From NCBI GenBank assembly GCA_000182565.2, contig KQ257451.1: 64,000 nt of DNA. One strand, given 5' to 3'. Made by a program: the position numbers and the translations under genes. The first letter of the stretch is position 1; the number at the start of each line of letters is the position of its first letter. The notes under the pieces are model-generated. The model ran no database searches. It saw only the letters and a list, made by a program, of their open reading frames with translations, and had not been told where the DNA came from. This document shows, piece after piece, positions 1-12,419 of this stretch. Source of the DNA: Spizellomyces punctatus DAOM BR117. Taxonomy: Eukaryota.

Positions 1-2301
1 CTGGTTGTGCGTCTCCAACTTACACTTGCCGTTAGTCTCGTTCCTTCTATGATGAAGTTCGAGAAGGATTGGAAGCATGCGGACGTGCTCTGCACAGACG
101 CAATGAAGATGAATCCACGGGCCAGAATACCGATTCCCAACCCGACATGTCGTCCACAAGTACGCGTGCTAATGCAACGCCAGATGAAATCCGCAGAGCT
201 TTACGAGAGCTTCAGGACGATATATTGTGCCAGACCGCCCAATTGGCAAGTATGAAAGCGTCCATCACAGAGGGCGATTCGACCAGTGAGGTGAGGTGTG
301 GCAGTTTGCACACCAGCAGGTAGTTCAATTTTGTTGACGCCATATATCTTTTTAGTCTGTGGAAGGGGAGATTGTGGCACTCTTGACCCAAGTCGGAAAT
401 CTCCGGGAAGACCTCAATGCCGCCCAGCTGCACGTCATTGAACTACGGGACCATTTAACAGCCACCGAAGCGCGGGAGGCAATCGTTGAGGCGGATCTAC
501 ATTCAACTCGTGCGTTACTTAAACGTGCTGAAGAAGATCTGGCCATGGCACGTCAAAAACTCAAATCGAGGGAGACCGATTTGGAGGTATGCCAGGGACG
601 TCTGACAGAAAAGGAACACCAGGCTCTTACCGTGCAAGTGGAAGCAGATTGGCTGAAGAAACGGGTGAATGAGTTGGAGGATGTGGTTGCTGGATTGCAA
701 GAGGACCAAAAACAGCTGAACGATGAACTGGCTTCACGACAAGCAGAGCTGGGAGCGACCGAGGCTGACATCGAGCAGACCCGGGCCACCCTCGCCGAAG
801 CACGCCAGCAGGTTTCCACTTTGATGGAGAATCTACATGTAGCCGAAACATCGCTGCTCCAAAGGAATGAGGAAATGCAGACCATGGAAAAAGAACAGCA
901 GAACCTTGCAGGCCACGTGGCGAGCTTAACCGAACAACTAGCGCGACAGGGTGAATGGCTCAACGAGAAAACCACCGAGATGGAGCGGCTAGTACGTGAA
1001 GTTGGAGACAAGGAATCCCAGTTGCAGGAGGCAGTTGAAAAGTCCACTTCACTACAGAACCATGTTCAAGAAAAGATCTCAGAGGTAGAGACGCTGCGAA
1101 CGACAGTCTCTCAGTTAGAGCGAAATCTTGCCAATGTTCAGCTCGAAATAGCCGAACAGACGCAGATGGCGGATGCCCTCCGCAAACAGCTGATCGATAC
1201 TGAGGGGGATTTAGCTGAACAGACGCAGATGGTGGATGCGCTCCGGAAAAGTCTGACTGCTATCAAGGAAGACTCAGCTGCTGTCCAAATAGAGTGTACT
1301 AAAACGCAGGGCAATGTCAGACAGGAGTCCGAGGATAAGAGTGATCCAATCGTTGCAGATATCCCAAAGAAACAGGATTGTGGTCCAGTGTTGGCCAATA
1401 CTGCAACATATATGCAAGCAGCGATCGGTCAGCTGATTGCCTATCATGAAGCTCTTTATTCCATTGTAACAGAGATTTGCGGATCAGAAACTGCAGAGCG
1501 CGTTCTAAGTCACGCGAGCATCCGGGAGATACTTAGCGCGGATGGCATCACCGCTGATCCCGAAATACCTGATGTTCTCGACCGCGTATGGCTCTCCCGT
1601 CTCAGTGACTCGATAAAAGAAGCTCATGAAAAGTTGATCCAAATTGGCACGGAAGTCGATCCGGCGAATGCTTGGACTCAGGTTTTGGAACGCTGGAAAG
1701 ATTTGATGGAGAGGGAGGTACCACACTTGCGAGGTGCGTTGTTGACGTTTGTCTCAGGGTGTTCATCAGGAGCTTATTCCTTCCTCATGTTGCAGAGACT
1801 TGCGTAAAGGCGAAGGAAGCTGGGCGGAATAAAATCACTTTTAAAAAGTATGTTCATGTGTCTTATTTGATGCTCTTTATACGCTATAACGGATTCTCTC
1901 TTTCAGCTTTCGCGCGAACGATTTGGCACTGTTCTTACCCACCCGGAATCCCAAAGGTAGAACTATCATGCCTCTTGAACGAACGTTTATGCATGTATTG
2001 ATTGGTGGTATATTAGCCTGGGCGGCGTTCAATGTCAATTCCCCGCATTTCTTCTTGTCACCTGAAGTCAGCCACGCCTTCGCTGAGCGAATGAGGTGAA
2101 ACATGACCGATTTTGCACTGACTCTGAAGGATTTCCTAATTAACGCTCTCGATTAGGAATCGCGATTACATTCTTGCGTTCATCACTGACATCAAAGAGC
2201 ACGTAGTAGACCCGGGAGATCCGACAAGTAATCCATTTGGACTCGCTACAAAGACTCGGTTCCGGCTTTGCATGGCGCGAGCATGGGAGCCAAGCAAGTA
2301 A
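1..2301 (+). CDS. ATG11: Autophagy scaffold Atg11/FIP200, 3' portion (gene starts upstream of the window); multi-exon
   Basis: Long heptad coiled coil in ORF 359-1807. Splicing the small downstream exons (about 1796-1847, 1907-1955, 2017-2095, 2157-2301) gives KITFKNFRANDLALFLPTRNPKAWAAFNVNSPHFFLS...RDYILAFITDI...NPFGLATKTRF, the Atg11 C-terminal (Claw) signature. Stop TAA at 2299-2301. Confidence 0.9.
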
Positions 2302-2907
2302 TTGCGGAGAGGGATGCCTGTGTCCGTTATTCACCCGATATTGCCCGCTTTTAAGGGCACCATATCTGCAGGCAGACGGGGAGGGAGACCATGAGTGCTT
2401 CATAAACCCAACACAAAGTGATGGAAAAGGGATATGGGAAGGGTTCGACCTCTTCTTTATACAAGCATACCTGGCTTAATTAAGCGGACTTTTTTTGTAT
2501 TGTAGGTAGCTTCTTGTTGCATTTGTATGACTATGCTTTTATTTTCGCTTTAATGTTTTCCATTGCATTGGGGATTATGTAAATCAAGTTAACTATGGCA
2601 CTCTGCTTATTTTGGGCATATTGTTTTGAATTGCGATCGTCACGCTATCGAACATTGTTCATTTGCCCTTTTTTGGACTATATCTTTCTGAATGATCTGC
2701 ATGTATTCGGACATGGACATGCTTTCGTCTTGGGCTGCACAGTGGTCTTTCGATACTTTGCACAGTGGAGACGACTTGGAAAGAAGACGGCGTTCCACTA
2801 TCGCATTACTCCTTTCACAAAGCTCTCCTTAACCATACGCGTCAGATCGTGCCCATCTTGGCTCTGGTCGGCTGTCACCCTGTGAACACTCCTTTCTTGG
2901 CTGCATC

Positions 2908-4736
2908 ATGAGCTCTTCGAAAAAAAAGAACACCGATAAATCAAAGGGGAAAGCTGCTCCTAGCGACGCTTCACCAGTACCCTCCGATGATACTTCTACA
3001 GACCAGCCGGAAGAAGTGAAAACCATCACAGCCCCTGAACCGGAAAAGCGCAAAAGGGGCCGTCAGCCCAAAAGTGCACAAGAAAACACAAAGGGCAAAG
3101 AAAACATCAAAGGAAAAGACGTAGTTGATAATAAAAAAAAGGAGGAGCAGGAACCAGAAGATGCACCGTCCCCCAAAAGGGCGAAAACTGAAGAGGACAC
3201 TACACCCACTGAAGGCCGTGTTAAGCGCGAGCGAAAGGCTACAGTGCATTACAACGTGGACGCCCCTTCTAAAGCTCCGAAGAAGATTGAGATACCTGAG
3301 GTATATACAAAAGAAAGTATTCTGGTCATTGATGTCACAACTAATCCGAACATTAGGGAAAAGGACAGCCGCTGAAAGACATTCAAGCCAGTGCGTGTCC
3401 TCTGGGTGCTCGCGGCGCCGTTTCTTGTCCACTAATTATCATCATGTAGTTCATGATGTGATAACGACTACCCGCGCGAGCGACGAAGTATTGAAAGGAT
3501 TCCATAGTCTGATTTGGGGAAGAGCTGCCGTAGGTCATCGAGCACGTAGTTCAATGTGGTTTGTGCTAACCCTCCCATTGCAAAGCATAAACATCTCAAG
3601 CAGGACTTGTTGAACTTCAAGGGGTTTAACTTTCAATCGGACGTAGGTGGTCCTACACAAAGCTACATTTGCATTTATCCTGACGCATCTGTGGTCCGTT
3701 AACAGAAGGAGCACGATGTCGTTTTGCGCAAATTAGAGAAATGGATGCTGACTGGGCTAAAGGAACTTTCTCACCTCCTTTGCCTCGAATCTTCTGGAAC
3801 CAAGGTGTGGCTGCTGTAGTATTCCAAAGTTAACAGGAAACTTTTTCTGACTTGCCTTTGGCTGTCTAGGAAGTGATCATTGAAAGGATATTCAAGTTTT
3901 TACAAGAGCCATCGGAGGAGGCTATCAAGTCTGGTAGCAAAAAGGTACCTACTCGGAAGCGATTGGTGAGCTTTGTCGTGCTCGAACTGAAGTTGCCCCC
4001 CATCAGAAGCAGTCTTCCAAATCTGCAAAGAAAGATGCTGCAAAAGATGCCCCGAAAAAGCGTATACCAAAGTCAAAGACAGCTTTTGAGGTCTTTGCTA
4101 AAGAGAAGCGTGACGAGGTCACAAAGGAGTTGGGCGAAGACGCAGAAAAGGACGCTATCGACAAGCAGCTGAATAAGCTCTTCCAAGGCTTAAGCGAAGA
4201 GCAGAAAACAGCATATGAGCAGAAGCTGGAAGCTTCAAAAGTCAAGGCCAAAAAAGACGATGCCGTTAAAAAGGCATCCGGCGACGTTGGTTCAGTCAAA
4301 GTTTTCTTGTGGTTAAAGTGAAACAGCTTGGTAATCTTATCTACCCTAGACCAAACCAAAAAAGCGAGCCGCACCTAGCAAAAAGGCAACGGAAGTTGTA
4401 GAATCAGAAGAGGACGTGGAAAATAAAAACAAAAACGAGGAAACGGCACCTGCGAAAAAAAGCAAACCCTCAAAGAAGAAAAATGGATCATCCACTGGGC
4501 CGACAGATGCTCAAATTGAAAAAGAAATTAAAAGTATTCTCAAAGGTGCATGTCGCCTAACCTTTCTCGCGAGCGACAGAACGCCACTCATACTCTTGTC
4601 CGTAGATGCAAACCTCCAAGATCTGACGTCAAAGAAGGTGCGTAGCCATCTTCAAGAGGTCTTCAATTGTGACCTTTCAGGAAAGAAGGAGTTCATCAAA
4701 GAGAAGATTGATCAATGGTTGGGGGAGCAGGAGTGA
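2908..4736 (+). CDS. DEK: DEK-family chromatin protein (pseudo-SAP/SAP core, HMG-box-like insert, DEK_C domain); multi-exon
   Basis: Spliced core EIPEGKGQPLKDI...LKGFHSLIWGR...LKQDLLNFKGF...GLKELSHLLCLESSGTKEVIIERIFKFLQEP resembles the animal/plant DEK core. C-terminal PTDAQIEKEIKSILK...ANLQDLTSKKVRSHLQEVFNCDLSGKKEFIKEKI matches DEK_C. Linkers are Lys/Glu-rich. Confidence 0.85.
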
Positions 4737-5685
4737 GTAAAGCGTAGCTAGATGCATTAGCTGGATGTTGGCAGACTGGAAACTCGGTCATGGACCGGGC
4801 GCTTTCATGTACTATAGTCTCGACGTCAGCCATCTATTGGCATACCCTGCAATCGGCTAAATTGAAGGCAGCGGGCGTGATTTATAGGAATATTAAAATA
4901 TTCTCTTCGTCGCATTAGCATTCTGCTCTCGTTAGTTGACAAAGCAAACAGCATGCCAGCTACTTGTGACATATCTTAAGCACGATCATAGACTGTCAGC
5001 ATAAACAAAAAGAAACACTGGTCCAGGAGCCGATGGCCGCAACCGTAACATGTTTGAAAATTCGGTCTCATCATCATTTGCAATATACTGAATTTTCTTA
5101 CAATTGCCTCTTCGAGTCGGTCTATCAAAGCTTCCCAACTCGCTGTTCACTCTGTAATTCTCTTCATCCGTCCTTGATATCCTACAAGGACGATGCAAAT
5201 TTAGTCGCATGTCTGTGGTGTCGAGGTCCTCCTGATCCCAATGCGACGACAATCTGCGACTGCCAGCGTATCTATGCTGCCCCAATCGCAAGTGTCTTAT
5301 TTCCCTAGTCCGTTCGCACGCAGCTGCAGTTCCGAGCTTGTGAACCTGTCCCACTAGAGACGGACATGGAAGGTCGCTTCCCAAGATATGGGGACCTAGG
5401 ACCAAGTAGAGTAGCATTCGGAGTGGTGGACAATGTATTCGGAAAAACAACCGATATATTTATTGAAATATAATAGCTGATTAGTATCTTAATTACAGAT
5501 GGGTTAGATACCCTCCTCGCGACCTGACGGTGTGCGATACCCATTCTGGTAGAGGGATGTGGGAGCATGCAAACGTCTTTGCATCGTGTAATGTTGCAAT
5601 CTAATATGCCAGGATCTATCCTAAAACTACTATCCAAAACTCCTATGCAAAAAACCTAGAGACATTGTCCATCTATCTGCAAAGT

Positions 5686-7296
5686 CTACACCAAGTATCG
5701 GGATAGACTCTCTGCGCTGGAATCGCTTCCTCCAAATTGTGACATCCGTCCTGTACTATTTGACGACGTACTCGTTGCGCCAAAACTATCGTGTCGCCGC
5801 GTTGCCATGGTACCAAAAGGTCTGGAGAGTGAATGGCATCGTCTATGTGAAGATATTGAAGCCATTTTGGCCGCATCGGGTAACGACATTCGTCGCAGGC
5901 TGGCTAATGCTGGATCGCTGTGCAATGTCCCGCTGCTTGACAATGTGCTGTTATCGCTGTGCAATGTTCCGCTACTTGATACTGTGTCATTGTCGCTGTG
6001 AAAGTACTGCGACACCGATTCAAGGGATCGAGTGCGCATCGGCATTAGGTAGTCTTCTGCGTCAATATCCTTATCACGCTCTTTAGTAAGAAGGTGAGGT
6101 AGGGCTAATGAGGCAAGTGGTGGTGGTTTTGAGAGTAGTATTGCCGGAAGCGTAGGTTTTTTGGCGGCTGATGAGGCGAGTAGTTGAGGGAGATTGAAGT
6201 TGAGGTGCTTCAGAGCAAATACTGCAAGTCTATTTGTATTCGATCCTGTTTGCGGGACTGGTGCTTTTGGAAGGGGGGTAGGTGTCGGTATACCGCGAAC
6301 AGTTGACGTGACCGAGTTCATGCCAAGTGTTGTGCCGCTTGTTACCGTAGACGTTGAGTCTGAGAACGCGGATGTTGTAAAGGCTGCTTCCAAATTCAGA
6401 GGCTTTGGACTACCCATGGCGGCTGTGTCTCCATCCAAATTGGGAGGGATCTTTGATTCCGGATCACCTCTTCGGCGGCGTTGTCGTTGCAAGAAGCCTC
6501 CTATAACGGCGGCTGCGATAAAACCGCTCACCAACAACCCAACAGCGATTCGGGTGACCGAAGAAGACTGTCCACCTTTGTCGTCAGCGAATGGAGAACT
6601 ACCGGACGGTCCGGAACCTGGCACACCTGGAGCCGGGATTAAAACCGGTCCATCACCACGTCTGGGAGAGATGTCATTCGAACTGTCTAGGGTACCGCCC
6701 GACTGATCTCCATTAGGAAGCTCAGGGCGTTTGGACAACGCTTCCGGAGGCCGCCAATGTCTCTGAGTCGTGCTCGTAGGTAGAGGTTCGGATACTGAGG
6801 TAGAGGACGATGGTAGCGGCCCACCATTGATACTGCTAACCAGTTCAGGTGTATGACTACCGCTCGGAGACGCTGATACAGTATGAGGCGGATTTGTCAC
6901 AATCGGTGATGGTGAGCTCTCCGTTGATGGTGCAGGGGCGGATGGTGCATGGACGGAAGATGTCTGAGAACTTGTGCTCGATGGAATCGCCGTTGCAGAG
7001 GGTGTAGACAGAGCTTCAGTGGAGGGACTTGCCGTCAGATTGCGTTCTATATTTTCTGCTATGGCTTTGGTTGGGGTTATTGATGGCTGGGTTTCCGATA
7101 TTGCCACGGTACTGGCCCGTCTAAGAAGACCGTGAGATGCCTCTTTCCCGCCAGAGCCATTCTGGTGTAGACGGACAGCTAGCGACAGTGGATTCTTGAG
7201 GTTCCAGCCGTAGACTGTAAGTGTAAGACAAAGAAGCTGTAGCAATACGACTAGCAGACACGGTTTAGACTGTCGTCTGGACCGTCCCGTCAGCAT
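5686..7296 (-). CDS. Intronless Ser/Thr/Pro-rich type I membrane protein (Mid2/Wsc-like sensor architecture), function unknown
   Basis: 536-aa ORF: signal peptide (LLVVLLQLLCLTLTVYG), S/T/P-rich ectodomain, one TM helix (IAVGLLVSGFIAAAVIGGFL) followed by RQRRRR, and a disordered cytoplasmic tail. Confidence 0.75.
   Translation of the reverse strand: MLTGRSRRQSKPCLLVVLLQLLCLTLTVYGWNLKNPLSLAVRLHQNGSGGKEASHGLLRRASTVAISETQPSITPTKAIAENIERNLTASPSTEALSTPSATAIPSSTSSQTSSVHAPSAPAPSTESSPSPIVTNPPHTVSASPSGSHTPELVSSINGGPLPSSSTSVSEPLPTSTTQRHWRPPEALSKRPELPNGDQSGGTLDSSNDISPRRGDGPVLIPAPGVPGSGPSGSSPFADDKGGQSSSVTRIAVGLLVSGFIAAAVIGGFLQRQRRRRGDPESKIPPNLDGDTAAMGSPKPLNLEAAFTTSAFSDSTSTVTSGTTLGMNSVTSTVRGIPTPTPLPKAPVPQTGSNTNRLAVFALKHLNFNLPQLLASSAAKKPTLPAILLSKPPPLASLALPHLLTKERDKDIDAEDYLMPMRTRSLESVSQYFHSDNDTVSSSGTLHSDNSTLSSSGTLHSDPALASLRRMSLPDAAKMASISSHRRCHSLSRPFGTMATRRHDSFGATSTSSNSTGRMSQFGGSDSSAESLSRYLV
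5918..6000 (-). repeat. 39-nt (13-aa) coding tandem repeat, about 2.2 copies
   Basis: Encodes HSDNDTVSSSGTL-HSDNSTLSSSGTL-HSD; DNA unit gctgtgcaatgt(c/t)ccgct(g/a)cttga is repeated. Confidence 0.8.
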
Positions 7297-8061
7297 TGTG
7301 AAGCCAACTCGGGGGGCGTCGTAACCTGACTCGAGACCTTTTGTTCCCTTTAGTCAAGTCTATAAACTGCAGACATGCCAGCGCAAACGCAAGTGTACAC
7401 GCTTCAAGAGTAGTGGCTGCCGGAGCCTGTTAACCAGTGAAAGGAAGGAGGACGATGGGGAACAGAGATGAAATGAATGAATGGAAGAAATGATTTCCTT
7501 GAACGGTGGTGGAAAGGCCCCCGACCTGCAAAAGTGTGCAAATTGAAGCCGAAATGGACGGCAGTGAGACAATTTGCTTATTGTGTAACTGTGCCATGTC
7601 GGTTCCGGCCGCGTGACTGTGCATTATTGTCATAGCAACAGTGCGATGGGTGGAAATCTCCTCGCGCGTTTGGCTTTGGCTGGGACAAAGGGGGGAGGAA
7701 TGGAAAGGTTGCGATGCAGGGCGGACGTTGCGAGGTTGACATTACCGCCACATCCCTGAACTTGCCCACCGGTTGCGTTATAAAAAGCAAGTACAAGTGT
7801 CCTCATGCTCATGTAGGTGCGCAGCTTTCATGTACGTTGGGTGAGTTGTGACATCGGCAGATTGGACGCGTCCGGATATGCCAGTGTGTGTCTCATGCTC
7901 CATCCTTTTAGCCTTATCCACAGCGAGGCGTGCCGCCCTCCTTTTTTTCTTTCTTTTTGGACAGCGTAGCTTTCTCGTTTGAACTGCAGACAGCGTGAAA
8001 GCACACTCGGGATTCTTTCCACACGATGGTAATACTAGCGTAGGCAATCTTGCGTTCGACA

Positions 8062-9950
8062 ATGCCCAATTTTGGAGCTCGGCGTGGGAAGAGGCGATTT
8101 AGTGTTTGCAATTTTTCCGCATCAAGACGTGAAATAGCTCACTTCGTAGCCGTTACAATACCATTACTCTTGATGGTTGTGCCAATAACGGCCGAGGGGG
8201 TCGGGGCGATTGGAGAACAGGCTCATTCTCCCTCGCCAAGCGTGGGAAGTCGGTCGGGAAGACAAAGACCAAGTCAGAATAGAACGCTCTCACCAACTCC
8301 CACCAGCCGACCATCTATCAGTACAAAAGTAATAGTCCCCGAAATTACCTCTGGCATTTCTGCACCCACCGAAATCGTCGACACCACTAGTCTTCCAATC
8401 GATTTTGAAATAACCGTCACTGCACTTCCGATTCCTGCGTCACCACCAGAATTTTTCAAATCACTTGTGAATCCACATGGCTTTCACCGCACGGGCCATC
8501 GAAGTTGGCTTCCTGAAACTACAATGTCTGCATTTACGAAGGAACCGGCCACGGAAACTACAACTCCATTACCCACATCAACGGCGATTTCAAACAAATC
8601 AACAGGAAATACTGTTCTCAGTCGTCCTTCTCTCATATCAATTGCTACCGTGGTCCCTCTTCTGGTAATCATAATATGTGCGCTCTTGGGCTGGTGTTTT
8701 TATCGCCGCCGGATAAGAGCACGTCCAAATATGGTGCGTCTTTCATGAATCTTAACGGCAGTTATATCGTGTAGCTAATATATCTGCTAGGCATCTAACG
8801 ACGATGACACCAAAAGTTTAACCTACGACGCCGCGGATGATCTCGCAGATGCGGTGATGGTGGAAACAATCCCTACCAAAACTTCCAAAAGCACATTGTT
8901 TGGAAAGATGGACTTCCGTAGCGTCGCGTCCTCAGTCGAAACTGGCTTGCACACAATGAGCTCGAGCATCAGCAGCATTGGCTCCAGTTGGCGCGGTCGA
9001 ATGAAGCTAGCTGAGGTATGCTCTCAATTCCTGGTTGCTCATTGATCATTCGACAGCCATACAGTCCATTGATGAGATTTGTCACACAGACACCAACACT
9101 GCCTGATATCCTGCGAACACCGCAATCTCCATTGGCTTTCTTGTCACCACATTCTCTGGACCTTGAGAATGGCCAGGTCGAACCGGACTTGGTTGTGCAG
9201 GACTACATACTATGTCTGTCACGATCGTCCTGCGAAGATGCAGTACCAATAAACCCGTTTGCCGACGTACAGGAAATAAACACCGACGTGAAGATATATC
9301 GACATTTGACCCAAGTTAACAAGGAGGACTCCGTCGTGACAATTGTTAATGTGGAACCCACTTGTGGGTCAGGGACATCATTGCAGACCGCACGTTTGAG
9401 GCAATCACCTCCACGTGGTGAACGCGCGGTTGATAGCCGAAAACGTTTATCGCCCTCACTAAAGTCGCCACCGCCTGCGATCTTATGCATCAAGAATGGT
9501 GATGCGAAAGGTGTTTTGAGGGATTGCGCGAGTCGCAGAAGTGCACATGGCCCTGGGCCCATGGCAGCACCCACGCGAGAAGAGCGTAGACAATCTGGAA
9601 GATGCAGATCCATGTCGAGTTATCAACGGCCCTGTTCGACTCCGTCTACCATCGACGGTGACCGATATCGTCTGGGCAGTACTGGGTACAGCACACCTCT
9701 TACCCGAGGGACGGCCGCATTGAACCGATGTCCGTCCAACAGCAGTACGTGTACCAAGGCGACAACGGCAACTGGAGGATCGGGATCCTCGGCCGCTTCA
9801 CGGTATCTATGCCGTCAATGTTTAAACGTACTCGCCGATGGATGTACAAAGGGCACATGTAAGGCTTGTCTAAGGGATGCATCATCAGATGTGTCGGTGA
9901 TATCAGTTGAAAGTGGAGGAAGTGAGGGAAGCTTGTCGAATTTTCTGTGA
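8062..9950 (+). CDS. Ser/Thr/Pro-rich type I membrane protein with a Cys-rich C-terminal motif; 3 exons
   Basis: Hydrophobic N-terminal signal, S/T-rich ectodomain, TM (LISIATVVPLLVIIICALLGWCFY) followed by RRRIR. Introns at about 8734-8790 and 9016-9090 join ORFs 8050, 8854 and 9018. Confidence 0.7.
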
Positions 9951-10997
9951 TATTTATTTATGGGCTTTATATGTTCTATCTTGTACTATACCTTACTGTC
10001 GCCTCTCCATCAGCCTCTCTGGTACATAACTGGTGTGATTTACTTTTTACGGGCAGCTGGTGGGGTGAAATAATCTGTAATATTCCTTTATTCCTTTGAT
10101 AAATAAAGTTTGTACTTGCGCAGGGAAGCCCATGACAGGAAAGTACGTATTGGGGAAATGTTCATCAACGTATTGCCAGGGGGATTTTTCATCCTGTGTG
10201 ATCTTCACCCAGTGGGTTGGTGAGCTGCTTGATAGGTCCTTTCCAAGCTAGAGGTTGAGCGCCCGGCCATTCCATGACTCTCACTTGCATGGTGGGGATC
10301 GTGACACCATTTCGTAAATCCTAAGTAAGATACTCAAAAAGCGCCTGGTAAACCCGTCCATGTTCCATGCAGAAATCTCCACTAGAGCGATGACCTCCTT
10401 CGGGTACGGCAAACTCCGTCACTGCTGCCCCATACGTCTTCCGGATATAAGAGACGGCAAGGGACTTTGAAAGTGGCAGAATGACCCTGCATCTAAAGAT
10501 TATGTTTCGGCTAAGAGTGAAACTGGGTGCGCTGGTGGACTGCAAATATTTGATAAGTGGCGTGAGTAGATAAGAATTTGCACTAATGAAACTGAATATC
10601 AAGCTGAAGTCTGGGAAGAGCAGCTGGTGTGGTCTTGATCCGACATCTCTTGCGCTTTTTCCATTTGCTGAAAGCACCGATTCAGACAACTACGAATCTT
10701 GCCTGCGACAGATGCCAAATGTCGCCGCTACGATGTGTTTCCGTCACCTCATGACGATGAAGTACCTCAAGGACTCTGACATGCGACTAGGAACAGATAC
10801 TGGAGCACAGCTTACTTCTTATCCAGTTCGCGACCTGCTGTCTCGTGGAGTCAGACTCCACATTCTTTCCTCGCTGATAGTAACTAAAGTATATTCGGGA
10901 ACTCAATGCTCTCTCAAGTGCTTGAATATATTACGTCATATGATGTTTAATATAAAATCTGCTCGCCCGTCCTTATTTACAGCATTTCGTCAATCTT

Positions 10998-11403
10998 TCA
11001 TACATGCCTCAAAATCCAGTCTGCACCGCCAGCCTAAAGAAGCGAAGATATACAAAATCAGCTCCCCGTAGAATGAAAGCGGTTCATTAACCCATCGTCA
11101 AGCATTTCCAACTGTTTGATTTGGACAGCCATCACCGAAATAAACCGACTCTGCCAACGCAATACGATTGACTCCGAGGATACTCACATCAACAGCCTCA
11201 ATCTCCTTCTGGCTAAAGGTCTTCTTCTGAAATCTCCTTGGCAGCTGTTCGATTGACTGATAATTAACCGCATTTCCGACGCGTTGGGGTGCAGCAACTG
11301 TTTGTGGTTGTGCTGCTGGTGAGGTGGATGGGTGTTTGAGGAAGCGGCGGGGACCGAGAAACTTGATGAGCGGGACGTGCTTCCGGAGTGCAATGTTTGC
11401 CAT
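10998..11403 (-). CDS. KGD4: Kgd4/MRPS36 (Ymr31) alpha-ketoglutarate dehydrogenase adaptor subunit; 2 exons
   Basis: MANIALRKHVPLIKFLGPRR...QLPRRFQKKTFSQKEIEAVD, intron 11187-11034 (GTGAGT...TTTAG), then AGGADWILRHV*. The PLIKFxGxR, LPxRF and terminal GGA motifs are typical of the family. Confidence 0.85.
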
Positions 11404-12419
11404 TTTTGATTGCGTGAAAGGATGATGTGATGAGGCTGTTCGAGTCCTTGTCGCCTCAGGGGAAGTGGAGGTCAAGTATTATTGTTGACGATGTAAAATT
11501 AGTGGTCAAATGCTCGTTATATTTGGCGATATCGGAACGGATGGAGAGAGTCAGCATTGTTGCTGTGGCAACATGTTACATCAGCACCTCCGCTGTGGAA
11601 GATCGATTTCTGTTGTGTTGACTTTCAGTCACCTTGAAACCATCTTGCAAATCCAGGATTCCTCTTTTCTTCTGTTCCTTCACTTGCAGATATGTCGTCT
11701 AACTTTCGCCATGGTCCTCGTCCATAGGCAAGAGAATCGTTCATTCACATTTAAAGAGAAGGCCACAACTATATCCTAGAGAGCAGGCAAGCCATGATTA
11801 AACTCATCGATGTTGTCGTGATCGCATATATTGGAAGGGAGCATTTTTCGGTCTCTATATGTGTACTGCTCGCAAGGCAGATTGGCTATGTTCTTGTATA
11901 TTTTAGCGTGAAATGTGTTGGCGCTAGGCCACCAGGATCATAGAGGCGTTGAGCTGCACCGATCTAATTAGCAATGCAATCACAGAGATTGGGAGGTATC
12001 AACCCTTGCCGCATACAGAATCAGGCGAAAACCACGATATCATCCTGCTGCAAACTGCCTTCTAAGGAAACCAATACAGTTCCAGAAAGCGCTGATCCTG
12101 GCGTCGGGTACTGTCAAAAAAAATCGGCTGCATTTGCCCCCAGGCAATCAACCCCAACAGCTTTTTCCAAAAGATATTGGTAAACGGAGAAACGATCCTT
12201 TCGCACGCTCGTCCTTTCAGCGACACATCTGCCTGGTAGCGAACCGAACTAGTTGGCCCCTCCTCTTCAAGAAAGCGTAAGGGAATATGCACAGTTGTGC
12301 GGACACTTGGTCGACGGGCGTGATCGAAGTTGGTCTGCTTACGCAATAGATTGGTCAACCAGATCTTTCTTTTCAAAAACTGTGCCCGAACATGTAGTCT
12401 GAGTTGGAAAAGATTGGGA

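Noticed and set aside
9960-10990. ORFs 10321-10689 and 10586-11071
   Set aside because: No recognisable domain or convincing splice structure; they overlap each other and the KGD4 3' end.
11430-11462. GTTCGAGTC T-loop-like motif suggesting a tRNA
   Set aside because: No T-stem pairing, D-arm or acceptor stem; it lies in the KGD4 upstream region.
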